The position numbers were made by a program, and so were the translations under genes. A stretch of 64,000 nt of DNA from Bugula neritina. Its lineage: Eukaryota > Animalia > Bryozoa. The notes below the pieces were generated by a model. The model worked only from the letters and a program-made list of their open reading frames with translations, was not told where the DNA came from and made no database searches. The stretch spans positions 835,751 through 899,750 of the forward strand of contig OZ037773.1 of the NCBI GenBank assembly GCA_964035545.1, written 5' to 3'. Below are positions 36,665 to 49,961 of this stretch, piece after piece; the first letter of the stretch is position 1; the number at the start of each line of letters is the position of its first letter.

Positions 36665-39600
36665 CTATAACTGATGTCCTTCACAATGCCTCCCATACAG
36701 AGTAATTAAATGGTAGGGCAGAAAGCCTGTATCCCCAAAACTCTCTAAGGTAACGATGCCGTCATGATGAATCTTAATCCAGGTGATGCTGGCATTATAT
36801 GCCTCGATATTCAGGTGGGCGTCAATAGGCAGCTGCAGTGACCTACAGCAAACAATATTCAAGCCTTAAAATAGAACAACTCTAAACATGATTGTGATTC
36901 ACTTGGGAAACCTTTCAAGGTCAGCGTAATGTCACATTAGATAAGAGTTGCCCGATTCTGACAAATAACAACTGTGACTTTCTTCTGACCAGCAAACATT
37001 TTCTATTTTACAGATTATGGGAGAGACAGTTAATTGAATGAAGACTCCCACAATAATGAGCGTCATCTTTGATATCACATGCACTTATTCCCTCACTTTG
37101 CCAACCGGTAGGCCGTAACGTAAAATGTTAGCCATTTTTAATGTGTCCAAGCTAAAGTTCTCAATTGTGCTATTGGGTACGATCTATGACACCTCATTGG
37201 ACATTTATATCAAATGAATTTACGTGAATGTCTTCCTATCCAATAGGAGCCCACCGCAACTTTTTTTTAATCAAGCATTGCTTGATCCTAACGCACTGCA
37301 ACGCAGTAAGGGAAGCTTGGTCATTTCTAAAAATGGCTGACATTTGCTGTTAGAGCCTACAGTGCGGCAAAGTGTGTTTAGGCCCTAGGGAGATAGACTG
37401 CAGCCTCACCTCAACACAAAATAGCGTATGATGTTTCCGTGGCAACAAAGGATGTCCCAAGAATCTTCCGTCTGAGACGGCTCAGCTCGGTGAAAGTACT
37501 TCCTGAATGCAGCCTCCAATCGGGCACCGTCAATGAATCTGCTCTAAAAATGTTACACTGCTGAGCTGTGATGATGAAACAGGTAAATAAATACTACTAC
37601 TGAGAGGGTGGATGGTACACTACCATCTATGGGAGTGGATGGTAGACTAGTATCTAGGGGCTCATGATACACCACTACATAGGGGGGGTCACGATATACT
37701 ACATCTAAGCCATAGGAGATGATGCACAGCAGCTGCTGTAAAAAAAGAAACCATACTGGGGCAACAACTGCATATCCTTACCACAAGGAACAGGCAACAG
37801 CGTGCAATGCTACTTTGTAACAAAATTAAATGTCTTATTTTTTGAAAAAAAGAGGACAACTCCTAAGTGGTTGCTGAAAGGTTAAATCACAGACTAATTG
37901 CTACTAGGGGTGGATTATACACCCCTGATTAATCCCATAGAATAGCATTATGCAATCATCACTAACCGAAAGCGAGGGCTCCCATTCTTCCTCTGTTTTT
38001 GGTTCGGGTGGCGTCTCTGGGTGCCCTTCCTCAAGCAACATGCAACCTCTTGTTGACACATCTGTACGGAGATACATAAACTGAGTTAAAGTAAAACTGT
38101 ATATATGCATGCAGTCATCAACTGTGCAGAATAAGTCTGTCTACAATATAATGTAAGTATAACAAATGGTTTTGTGTAGACGTGTTTTCAACAACTTATG
38201 AGTTTTATAGACTGTCTATACTGATGATGTATTCCAACTCTGGACTGTGGCATTTGAAACTAATACTAACTGTCAATTTGTATAATTATTAATTAATACA
38301 GGTTAATAACAAAGTTTGAAACACAGGCTATATGTTTGACAAAATAGATGAAGTAGTTCTGTGAAAGATATTATTAGTCATGAGATATTGAACATGGAGA
38401 CATTTTAATGGCCTATCTTTAATGCACAATAATAATTTAGCAGCTTCACATTATTTTAATTGGAAAACGGGCTAACTCTAACGAGTAGTGATATTCTTAT
38501 TTATTAGAATAATATTTTATATTTTATCTTCACAGACTGATATTATCAACTAATATGAGTATTACAACAATCAGCCTAGAGGTAATATGTTGTGATGTGA
38601 CCAGAGTTTAAATCTAATCATATTGATAAATAAAATACAAAACCAAAAACAAATTACTTTATTGTCAATTTGCATTCATTTTAAATTAAATCTCAAATCT
38701 CATAAATCTTTGATTCGGTTATTATTTATTATCAATTAGCCAAAAACTTAAAAAGAGCTAAAGTACAAATTGTTAAAATTCAGCAATAAAAAATATAACA
38801 ATTATTAAATTAAATAATTTACAATATACCAACAATAACATTTACTATTCTAATCCCCCTGCTATAACCACTGAGTAAAGCTGTTGTATAAGAATACCAG
38901 AATGGTATCTAAGTGACCTAAACAAAGACAAAAAACATGCCACATTTTCTGAAAGTTACAGCTAACATCATTTACCAATGGTAATACTTACTATCATCTC
39001 AACAAAATATCAACAGCACAACCAAACTCACCACTCTCATGAAGTACAAAGCCAATTGACAAATCCAATATTGGAATTATTTTAGTCAAAATGTTTGCAA
39101 AAATTGCTCAGTTTTGCTTTTCATTCATAGTTAGTGACAAACATAAATTACACATGTATTAGCATTGGGAAAACTGCTGTATATAATCTAAATATGCTGT
39201 GTTAATTATTTGATTCCCAAAATTAAAAACATAAAAAGTCTATTAAAATAACTTTATTAGAAATTACATTTCGGTAACAACTGGTAAACTGTAAATGGCG
39301 AAGGTGCTCGTACCATAGTACTATGTTAGAGAGTGGTTTTCCACTATGCACTAAGTTTAAACCAAACCTGCAGGAAGGCAAGCACTGGACTATATTATTA
39401 AATTATACTGATTTCAGTAAACTGATGCAAAGCCTCTTTAGAATATTTTGAATTCATAGTGCATGGAAATCTCACCAACTATTTGCCCAGTGAATATTTT
39501 CAAACAGGATTGTGTTTCAACTACACTGCTGTTTCCAAAAGGAAAGATAACTCCTGCTAACCATTGAAATCAGATGACAAGAAACTTGTCAATTGGGCTA

Positions 39601-41459
39601 AATTCTATTCTTAAATAATGACACTATTATAAAACACTTACTTTTAAAATATTTGCTAATGATTTGACCAGTTTGAGTAGCCCTGGGTTTGGTGGACCAG
39701 ACTATTGAGGTGATGGGGAGATTCAGACTGCTCAGGTGTTTCCCAGCCAACTCCGCTTGAGCCACACCTACAACCAGCCACCACATTCTACCAGACGGTA
39801 CGCTTGGCGAAACACACCTCACTCTGGTACAAACAGTTTTGCATAGAATACAGCAAATTATGTTTTAGTTTTCAACACATAAAAATTGCAAGAACAATGT
39901 CTTCTAAGCATTTCAACACATACAATACAACACAATGGACTAGCAGTATGAGACATGTTGAATTTATCCTACAACTAATGGTACTGATGTTACAAAGAGT
40001 ATTTCATAGTTTAATCACAGACACAACTATCTGTATATAAAAATACTATCTCTGTGTGATCAATCTTGCTTTATACCGGGAAATAAAAAGACACATAATG
40101 AAGTAATATAAACTACTACCATGACTCACTACTACCATGACTCACTACTATCATGACTCAATACTACAATGACTCACTACTACCACGACTCACTACTACC
40201 ACCACTCACTACTACCATGACTCACTACTACCATGACCCACTACTACCATGACTCACTACTACCATGACTGGCTACTACCATGACTCACTACTACCATGA
40301 CTCACTACTACCATGACTCACTACTACTACTACGACTCACTACTACCATGACTCATCACTACCATGACTTACTACTACTATGACTCATTACTACCACGAC
40401 TCACTACTACCATGACTCACCACTGCCATGACTCACTACTACTACGACTCACTACTACCATGACTCATCACTACCATGACTCACTACTACCATGACTCAC
40501 TACTACCATGACTCACTACTACCATGACTCACTACTACCATGACTCATTACTACCATGACTCGCTACTACCATGACTCACCACTACCATGACTCACCACT
40601 ACTGTGACTCACTACTACCATGACTCACTACTACTGTGACTCACCACTACCACGACTCACCATTGTTGTCAAGGAGTTTTGTTGTATTCTGCAGATAAGA
40701 ACCGTGTCTGATGAGGAGAATATTCCTAACTGCACGAGGCTGATACTCAATCACGTCTCTCTCATATCGCTCTCTTTCTCTTAAACTGTTAGATCTTATA
40801 GGTTTCACTGAGCTCTCTACAGATCTCCTGCAGCAGAAACATCTTGCCAAAACATTATATTGACCTTGAATTGGGTATATTTATGGCTTTCTTGCAGCAC
40901 TTTTAAAATTAAAAAAAAACTGCCAAAAGTCTAAAATTTAATAATTTGTGTACAATGCATGTTATCAGGAAACTTTGTATTTGTTGAATTATAATGGTTC
41001 AGAATGCAAATAATTGTACACCGAAAAGGCAGCAGAAATATATTTCTGAATTATAGGACCAGGTTATTCTATACGAAATGTTTTACATAGAATAACCTGG
41101 TCCTATGACAGAAGAGATGGAAGGTAATCGGCATACAAGAAAATCAAACTGAATGCCAAAGTATACTAAACACAAGGCTACATCAGCTACTGAACCCAAG
41201 CCTACATATTCTACGGAACCCAAAACTACACCTGCTGTGTTCCTTACTGTAGCATGCCAGTTGAAAAGAGTTCTAGAGCACAGGGTTATTTTTGTAGAAA
41301 GGAGATATCTTACCTGTCCCAATTATAGTCCCAAGGGGAACGCAAAGGGAAATGGGACTCATTCGACTGCAAATCTTTCTTCATTAGTGAATTATAACCT
41401 AAACATATGCCTGCAGTTGCTGCAACACTAACAGTCACTCGTGCAAACCTTGAGGCCAT
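36665..41459 (-). CDS. PGAM5: Serine/threonine-protein phosphatase PGAM5, mitochondrial (histidine phosphatase superfamily); 6 coding exons, about 281 aa
   Basis: Exons 41459-41314 (N-terminal hydrophobic segment, WDYNWD = PGAM5 WDxNWD motif), 40827-40661 (ILLIRHGSY, catalytic RHG), 39767-39642 (QAELAG...[10 protein letters not shown]), 38061-37967 (LLEEG.P..PEP), 37543-37410 ([16 protein letters not shown]...[10 protein letters not shown]), 36842-36665 (SLQLP...NASIT...GDTGFLP); 846 nt in frame. Confidence 0.95.
37094..37373. mobile_element. MITE-like element in the last PGAM5 intron
   Basis: Imperfect inverted ends CACTTTGCC..GTAGGC..AAATGTTAGCCATTTTTA / TAAAAATGGCTGACATTT..GCCTAC..GGCAAAGTG. 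Confidence 0.65.
40112..40660. repeat. 16-bp minisatellite (CATGACTCACTACTAC)n at the 5' end of the PGAM5 intron following exon 40827-40661
   Basis: About 34 units; on the coding strand each carries GTGAGT and the first unit is the donor itself. Confidence 0.95.
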
Positions 41460-43400
41460 ACTCTGTTATCTGAAATTAACATTTTACTTGTAATTCAAAA
41501 TCAGCAAGATCAAACACTAGGCTATATAAAATAGGCTCAGGCTACAATTATACAGATCTAGATCTAACCATTTAACAAGTATTAGCTGGTTATTTGCGAT
41601 GAAAAGCTTAAAATCAAATTAAATAAATTCTGAAAATTAATGGCTGCAAATTTTCAATGTATGAACACAACTTTCAAGTTCAAACACCTCACTAACTTGA
41701 AATACCTATAACTAGGAGGGATGTAAAATAATTGCTCTCCACTGAAAATCAAACCACAGACTTTCAGCTTGCAAGCAGGCGCCACACGGGGGTCACTGGG
41801 TAAACTCAACACTACAAGAGAGGTTAGGATAAGTTTAGATTTTAGAAGATGAAAGCTCAGAAATTTGTAGTGAAGGGTTTGAAGTCTAAGGAGTTAAAGA
41901 AGACAGGTTAAACAAAACAGACTTTTTTCATGCGTCCCTATTAGTTCACTTCCAATTGAGACCTCGAACGCCACAAAGTACATTCTTTAAAATAATTATT
42001 AAGCCAAACCCTGTGGAACTTTACAGTTTGGTCATTATGCAAAACACAAACTAGGAACAAAATTGTTCGTTATGAGATATTGATGCATAACTAATAAATT
42101 AAAACTCGAAGAAATGTAACACGTTAAATTTGAAACCAAACTCGATAACATTTATCTGATTGTTAGTTTATTAGGTATTTTGTTGCAGAAACTAAAATAT
42201 AAATATTATCAATAGTTTGGTGGGTCTAGTATGCTAATATTGGTAATCTGAGTCACAATAGACAAGAGTCGGTAGTTCTTTATCGTGCAAGTTGGTGTCC
42301 TGAACTGATAGCAGTTAATATTTGGCGGCTTAGCGCACACTTATGTTACATTGGAAAATTCTAACAAAATGATAACTATTACATTGAATAATTTGTTACA
42401 AATCAGCTAACATGTGTTTGATTAAAACAATGCTATATTATTGCAAATTACCAATAGTTGTGGGTCATAAAAATCAAACTATGTATGTAAGTGGTTTACA
42501 ATACACATGTCTATTATTCAACTATGCTGTAACTGCAATTATTTTTTTCATTTATATATTTTGAGTTGAAAATGTTGGTGAGCATTGCAACTAGTGCTTG
42601 ACCTACTTCCCTGCCCATCGGGTGATTGAAATTCTTGCCCTAGCTTTGCTCAGTAAATGATAAAAAAACAGCTTTTTTAGCTCAATATTTAAGGTCATCT
42701 AAAAGCTATTTTAATATTTTGATGTTTACTATTTTAATAAAAAATCATGTTGACTCTTGATATCTGTATAGCAAGATAGCTGTATCTATAAGCTTACAGA
42801 GAGTAGCTAGTATTTATCTACACCCTTTCAATGATTAACATGTACTCTACAGCTGCTTAGAATACAATGTAGTACAACTTGTTAATACTCGAATACTTTT
42901 GAGACAGCAATAAATTTTAGCATACGTCATCAAGCAATGCAGCTTTCATCACAGACATTTACATATTTTATGTGAAAGAATGATTACTGTTAAGCTTCAT
43001 ATTTTTAAATACATGTGTTTTCAATTTTAATTAGCATATTTATATGGTGATGCAGTCAGGTTGTAGGCTCTATGTCGTGAGATGCAGACGCTTCTTTCTC
43101 TGGTAATATAATTAAAAATTCAGCAAGCTATCCAACTCCACATAACTCACTGCAGTTTTAATTATATTACTGGAAGAAGAGTCTACAATTTTCGGTAAAA
43201 ATGGCACCGTAAAAATGGAACAGGTAATAATGGCATAGGTAATAACAGCATAAATGGAAAATAGGTAAAATGGAACACTGATGTTAAATTTTTCCAAACC
43301 CCCAACTTTTAAACCCCATCCCCAAACCTGAATCTTCATTCCAAACCCCCAACCACCACTACATACCCTAATATTGAAAAGATTCCATTTTTACGGTTTT

Positions 43401-43738
43401 ATCACAGATAGACAGTTTCCAGTTAGACGCTTTCCAGTTAGACAATATTTTTTATTTGAGTACAATCTATATAGTAACATACCTATATATACCTATAAAA
43501 CTGTTTATTGATTGCTAAACATGAAATCATAGCTCATATGAATTATCTGGAATATTATTCTAATTTTCACAAACTTGTGTGGGACAAAAAAAAACAGGAA
43601 TATATTAATAATAGGCATTATCTTTAAATAATTATCTCTAAAATAAATAAATAGCATCTAACTGGGAAGCGTCCAAGTGGGAAGCGCCTAAGTGGAAAGT
43701 TTAGCCTAGCGTCTAACTGGAAATCGTCTATATGGGAT
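43401..43738. mobile_element. MITE with repeated subterminal motifs
   Basis: ATCACAGATAGACAGTTTCCAGTTAGACGCT is inverted by AGCGTCTAACTGGAAATCGTCTATATGGGAT; it lies among GGTAA(A/T)AATGG motif repeats (about 43190-43290 and 43845-43880) that suggest an older host element. Confidence 0.65.
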
Positions 43739-44169
43739 GACACTGATTATAATATGACTGCCTTTTATTGAAGTTTATTAGTAACTGAACAATGAAATTG
43801 CATTTAAAATGATGCAATGACAAGTGACACATTGGTTGAAGTGCCCGGTAAAAATAGAGCAGGTAATGATGACACAATTGGAAAATCAGGTGAAAATGTT
43901 AATTTCTCATTGGTTTCTGATGGAGCCGAATCCCCCTATAGTAATTTTGTAACAGCTAGCACACAGCATAAAATTATAACACTACATTATATTAATTCAA
44001 TTTTATAGTTGAAAGTAGCCAAATATACATTACGGTATTTAATTATGATCTATGCATATATTTGATGGCAATATTGGGGGCCCGTCTAACCGGGGTCATC
44101 TTTCTGGAAACACCAATTTTACGAGTTTGTGAAAATCTCAAACAACTTGTTGAATTGACGCAGAATGAC

Positions 44170-45180
44170 CTATGACTAATATTCATATTGATATTCTTAT
44201 TTATATGGCAGTGCTACTCATACTGATACTCATACACTGATACAGTATGAGTATGACTATGGGTATGACTTATTGACTATCACTCTATGACTATGACTTG
44301 TATTTATAGTATTACTAATATATTAATAGCATCAGTTAATGTTATCATCGTGACCATTCGCATCACTATCAATATAATACTGACTATGAGCATCAGGCCG
44401 GTAGTGATATCATCACTATTACTTTCACTGGTACACATACTTATAGTTATACTGATACTATCGCATAGTCATACTATTTCTATCACTGTATTAGTATAAC
44501 TCTATTAGTATTACTATTAGTATTAGTATACCTAAGGGCTAAGTATTACTTATGCTAACTCTAAGGTCTAAGAGTAAGAGCATGACTATTACTATTAGTA
44601 TTACTATTAGTATTAGTATTACTATTACTATGAGTATGACTATGACATTGACTATCACTATCACTATGAGTATGATACTCAGCCTCACTATGACTGTGAG
44701 CCGTGAGGATCAGTATCATTCATTCTCATTCTGATAGTTAAACTTAACAGTTAATGTTATTTACTGAATAACACTCATATTCATATTGATTCTGATACTG
44801 ATGGAGTGATGGTGAAACACTAAAAGTTTGAGTCTCCCCAACGGGTACTGTAAGTGTATAACAGTATAACTCTAACAGCATAACCATAACTATAAGTATA
44901 AGCATTATTGTAACTTTGCTGTTACTTTTAGTTTTACTTTCAGGTTGAACAATATTAATTATAAAATTAAAACATTTCAACTAACTTTTATTTCATAATA
45001 AGAATATTTTAATAACAAGAACGCACTAAAACTAGAGGTAGAAGTAGAAGCTGTAACATTAACTACAAGCTATGGCTAATAAGTTATAAGTATAAGCTAT
45101 AAATATTGCTATAAGTATTAGTATAACTATAAGCATAATATTAATACTAATACTAATGATAATACTATGATAATTAGTAA
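44170..45180. repeat. Degenerate hexamer low-complexity tract (ACTATG/ACTATT/AGTATT)
   Basis: 6-bp periodicity; produces spurious I/T/M/S-rich ORFs. Confidence 0.8.
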
Positions 45181-45241
45181 TTATATTCAATTTCAAAGAA
45201 TCACTTTATGTGCAGCTTCAAATTAGGGGTGACTCAGTGCA

Positions 45242-45361
45242 ATAGTTTAAGATTCTCGAGTGTAGAGTTGGAGGGTCCGAGCGCCAGTTTAAAGCCCCAA
45301 CTCTAAACTCGAGAATGTCAATCTGCTGCAGTCAACTCTACACTCGAGAATCTTAAACTAT
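45242..45361. mobile_element. Short palindromic MITE
   Basis: ATAGTTTAAGATTCTCGAGTGTAGAGTTG and its exact inverse CAACTCTACACTCGAGAATCTTAAACTAT; a third partial arm is inside. Confidence 0.75.
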
Positions 45362-45394
45362 ATAATATTGTTGCAGTTTTGTGCACTACCTAAG

Positions 45395-45833
45395 TGCAGT
45401 GTGGTATATTAAGAGTGTTGCCATTAGCAAATCTTACGGAATCATATGGGCGCCATTATGCCGAGATTGGTACCGCGAGTTTATATAAGTTATAAAGGAA
45501 AAATTTTGCCACTTTTGTTATTTTATTTTTTTTCTATTTTATGTGTACTATTTTTTTAATTTTGTTTATTGGTAAAGTTTTTAAACACATTTTTAATGCA
45601 CATAAAATTAAAAGAAAAATTAAAACTCAATCATGCACATAAATACAAAGCTATAAAGTTAAAGCTTCGCTGTGATTACAATGTGAATATGAATTGAATA
45701 ATGCTTGCAATAACCATTATACACAAAATACGCTACAGTTGCTATAAATGTAAGACTAGTTAATTGGATGCAAATAGGCACGGTAATACTACTTAATTTA
45801 TGTTATTTTTGAATTTTGTAGTAAATATTTGGC

Positions 45834-45836
<3 letters not shown>
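45395..45836. repeat. Left arm of a roughly 440-bp inverted repeat pair
   Basis: Reverse-complement similar to 48929-49356 (e.g. GGTACCGCGAGTTTATATAAGTTATAAAGGAAAAATTTTGCCACTTTTG); inner end abuts (TA)n. Confidence 0.9.
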
Positions 45837-45913
<77 letters not shown>

Positions 45914-46341
45914 ATATATATTATTATATATATATATATTATTATATATATATATATATATATGAATATATAATATTATTATATATATATATATATATAT
46001 AATATATAATATTATTATATGTATATATATATATATTATATATAATATCATTATATATATATAATGTACATAATTTAATATATAATATAATAATATATTA
46101 TATATGATATTATTATATATATATAATATATAATATAATAATATATTTTATATATTATATATGATATTATTATATATATAATATATAATATAATAATATA
46201 TTTTATATATTATATATGATATTATTATATATATATGATATAATATATAATATAATATTATAATATAATAATATATTATATATGATATTATATATATAAT
46301 ATATATAATATAATATATAATATAATAATATATAATATATT

Positions 46342-46385
<44 letters not shown>

Positions 46386-46705
46386 ATATTATTATACTTG
46401 TATAATATATTATATATATAATATAATATAATATATATTAATATATAATATATTATTATAATATATATATATATTATAAATAATATAATATAATAATATA
46501 TATTATATGATATTATATATATATAATATATATATAATATAATATATATATAATATAATATATAATATAATAATATATTATATTATTATATTATATAATA
46601 TATTATTATAATATATATATTATATATAATATTAATATACTTATATAATATATATATATATAATATAACAATATATAATATAAAAATGTATAATATATTA
46701 TTATA

Positions 46706-46748
<43 letters not shown>
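45837..46748. repeat. Complex (TA)n / AT-only tract
   Basis: About 900 bp of nearly pure A/T. Confidence 0.95.
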
Positions 46749-46752
46749 CATG

Positions 46753-48515
46753 CAGGGATGTAGTGGCAAAAATATTCTAGGCCATACTCTCAGGCGGGGG
46801 GGGGGGGGGGGGGGGGGGGTCCAGGGGGCCGCCCAGGCCCCCGGCGCCGAAGCCCTCAGGGCTTTTCTGATGCAAATTTATGCAATTTAAAGCCATTGTG
46901 AATTCTAATTCTTCTGAAAAAATATGTGTTGAAATGTGCGCCTCACTATTATTTTCATACCATACCAGCTACATGATGACTGGGCATTGCTGCAAACTAT
47001 ATATAAATATTCAGTCTTGTCCCATACCTGTTGACTGTAATTTTAAATGTAGTCTTACTCAACTGCAGTTAGGTTTGTTCTGACATGCACCAAGTCCAAA
47101 CTGTACAGAAAAATTGCTGAAGATCTCAAAAAGATGGAACGATAGAGGCAGGTAACAAGTGCTCTCCAAATGCAACCTGATTATTTTATTAATAACTATA
47201 ATAGACTGCCGTGCACAGAAAAAGAATAATAAATCAGAACAGAGGAAAATTGCTAATCAGAAAATGTGTGTTGGTTATTTTTAAAGAGCAATTTGAATAG
47301 ATAACTCATTGGCAAGCAGAAATTGGTTGAAAACCTATTTGGAGTTTATTAGAGTACTAGTCTAATCCGTAAGGTGATACCGCCACACCTCCTTACACAC
47401 AAAGCACACCCAAGAACAGTATGTTAACTTGGTTTTAAAATAAAACCCCTGAGCTTCCACTAGATACATCAAGGAAATATACCCCGAAAGAACAAATTTG
47501 ACAGGTTTAATATGTGTTAACCTAGAAGATGATTAAATGTAAAGCCAAACGTTAGTACAATCAAACATAAAAGGTTACTTATGGTGATGTACAGTTTGCA
47601 AAACATTATTGCATTAATAAAATAACATGCAATAACGCTGGGTTTTTTCATTAGCCTTTCCTACACACCTGGTACTGTTTCTTGAAAACATTTTGATTTT
47701 ATTTCTGGATTTCATGTTGGTTTTTTTCCAAATTCCATTGCTTATTGACAAAATGCAAGTTTACACAAGATAGATAAGGGCAACCTTCTAGCTGTCACAG
47801 CCTTGCTGAGGCCACATTATTGGTATATTATAAGAATTCAGTCCCGCAAAATAAAACCTCACTTAATTGTGCTAGAATTAAAATTTAAAAACCATGTTTT
47901 AGAACTTCCTGTTCCTCAGAGCACCTGATTTTTTGAGTTTTCAATATTTTTTTGCAAAGTTAGACAAAAATCTACCCATTTTTGGCCAATTTTACCTGAA
48001 AAATTTATTTTTCAATCCCTGCCAAATATCTCAGCAGGAAAGCATGGTATTCGAATAAAACAAACACTGTCGGAAACCTGAGTAATTTATGCATGGCAAC
48101 CTTTTTGATCTTTTCAATAGCCTTCATAGATTTTCTACAAGTTAGTGATTTATACACTGAAAATGGAAATATTGTTTCCTTAGTAATCAGCAATGCACAG
48201 CACTTCACGCTTCAGTGAATACATATAGATGAGAAGATGGAATGTTGATAATTGCTTATTATTCATAGTGTAATCTCAGGCTAAGCAATCACAAGTAGGC
48301 AACACGCATGCCACCCACATAGCATTAACATAACAAGAACTTAAATTAGATTGTGAGCGAAATTTCTGATATTCTCAGTGAGGATGCCCAAACTATCCTG
48401 TGTACTAATCATCTTTCAAAAATAATTATGCCCATACGGGCGTATGGCCTAGAACAGTCTATTTTCTTCTAGGCCATACGGCGTATGGGACCGTATGAGT
48501 ACCACTACATCCCTG
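46753..48515. mobile_element. Non-autonomous hAT DNA transposon
   Basis: Perfect 14-bp TIR CAGGGATGTAGTGG / CCACTACATCCCTG; exact 8-bp TSD TATACATG at 46745-46752 and 48516-48523; subterminal GCCATAC motifs; no transposase ORF. Confidence 0.92.
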
Positions 48516-48527
48516 TATACATGTATA

Positions 48528-48579
<52 letters not shown>

Positions 48580-48670
48580 AAATGAGTGTTTATAAAACGT
48601 TACTAGAGTGCTCTATAGAAATAAATCTAGAGCGTAAACATTAAAAGAAATAAAATGAGATTTGATTAAT

Positions 48671-48741
48671 ATAATGGCATTTATTACTAGTAGTTAGTAG
48701 TTTCGTACACAAGAACGATGTGCACTCGTCAGATAAATTAG
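48671..48741 (-). ncRNA. Type I hammerhead ribozyme, intact core, with a 7-nt duplication in loop III
   Basis: Minus strand reads ATTTAT CTGACGA GTGCAC-N9-GTGTAC GAAA CTA CTAACTAC TAG TA ATAAAT. Confidence 0.8.
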
Positions 48742-48812
48742 ATAGTGGCTAATTTATCTGACGAGTGCACATCGTTCTTGTGTACGAAACTACTAGTAAT
48801 AAATGCCATTAT
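48742..48812 (+). ncRNA. Type I hammerhead ribozyme, intact core
   Basis: Stem I ATAGTGGC-TA-ATTTAT / ATAAAT-GCCATTAT; core CTGACGA (48758-48764); stem II GTGCAC/GTGTAC; GAAA (48786-48789); minimal stem III; GTA cleavage triplet at 48796-48798. Confidence 0.85.
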
Positions 48813-48838
48813 ATTAATCAAATCTCATTTTATTTCAT

Positions 48839-48928
<90 letters not shown>

Positions 48929-48931
<3 letters not shown>

Positions 48932-49356
48932 CATGCCGGATATTTACTACAAATTTCAAAAATAGCATAAATTAAATAGTATTACCGTGCCTATTTGCAT
49001 CCAATTTACTAGTCTTACATTTATAGCAACTGTAACGTATTTTGTGTAAAATGGTTATTGCAAGCATTATTCAATTCATATTCACATTGTAATCACAGCG
49101 AAGCTTAAACTTTATAGCTTTGTATTTACGTGCATGATTAAGTTTTAATTATTTTTAAAATTTTATATGTATTGAAAATATGTTTAAAAACTTTACCAAT
49201 AAACAAAACTAAAAAAAATGGACACATAATATAAAAAAAAATAAAATCACAAAAGTGGCAAAATTTTTCCTTTATAACTTATATAAACTCGCGGTACCAT
49301 TAGCGACATAATGATTTTTCATGGTTTAAAGTCAACACTCTTAATATACCACACTG
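48929..49356. repeat. Right arm of the roughly 440-bp inverted repeat pair
   Basis: Inverse of 45395-45836; inner end abuts (TA)n at about 48842-48928. Confidence 0.9.
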
Positions 49357-49825
49357 CCTAAGTGGGGTATTGTACACGCGAATTACTGCTGCATGGTTTA
49401 CGATGAGGTTGCGAGAGAAACCGAAGTAGTTAACGTTTATAAAAGATTTGTATATTTTAAAGGCTAATTAGATGCAAACAAAGTCATCAATATTTGCAAA
49501 AAAATATACACATGTATAGAACAGCTACACAAAATTATCCTAGTGTATCTGACAGTTATCCTCAAACTGAGACTGGGCGCTGTTCATATTTGACGGGTTG
49601 GCTCTGATTAGCCGGTGGGAGTTCCAGCCACTGAACTGAAACTATAATAGGGGTTATAGTTCAATGGTTTCAGCGGTGCTGCATGGAATTGCGGCGTCGC
49701 TAACGGAGTTGTAGTCTCTTAGAACTTTATAATGCTTCATAATAATAATATTGCAATGCAATGTCACAACTCTGCTGCAAGCACTTATACAGGGGATGTT
49801 GAGGGTATACTTCCCACAGCCGCTA

Positions 49826-49915
<90 letters not shown>

Positions 49916-49961
49916 GTAAAGTCCGGTCACCCGTACAGGACTACGACCGTATAGGTGTGAA

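Larger units (their letters stand above)
48577..48836. mobile_element. Penelope terminal-repeat (pLTR) fragment with inverted duplication, flanked by (TA)n
   Basis: 48577-48741 is near-identical to 10594-10751; 48749-48836 is the inverse of 48647-48741. Confidence 0.9.

Noticed and set aside
41083-41431. ORFs 41083-41322 (-) and 41153-41431 (+) with short TEPK repeats
   Set aside because: Intronic or antisense to PGAM5 exon 1, whose frame carries the conserved WDYNWD motif.
44287-44980. Hydrophobic ORFs that look like membrane proteins
   Set aside because: Products of the degenerate hexamer low-complexity tract.
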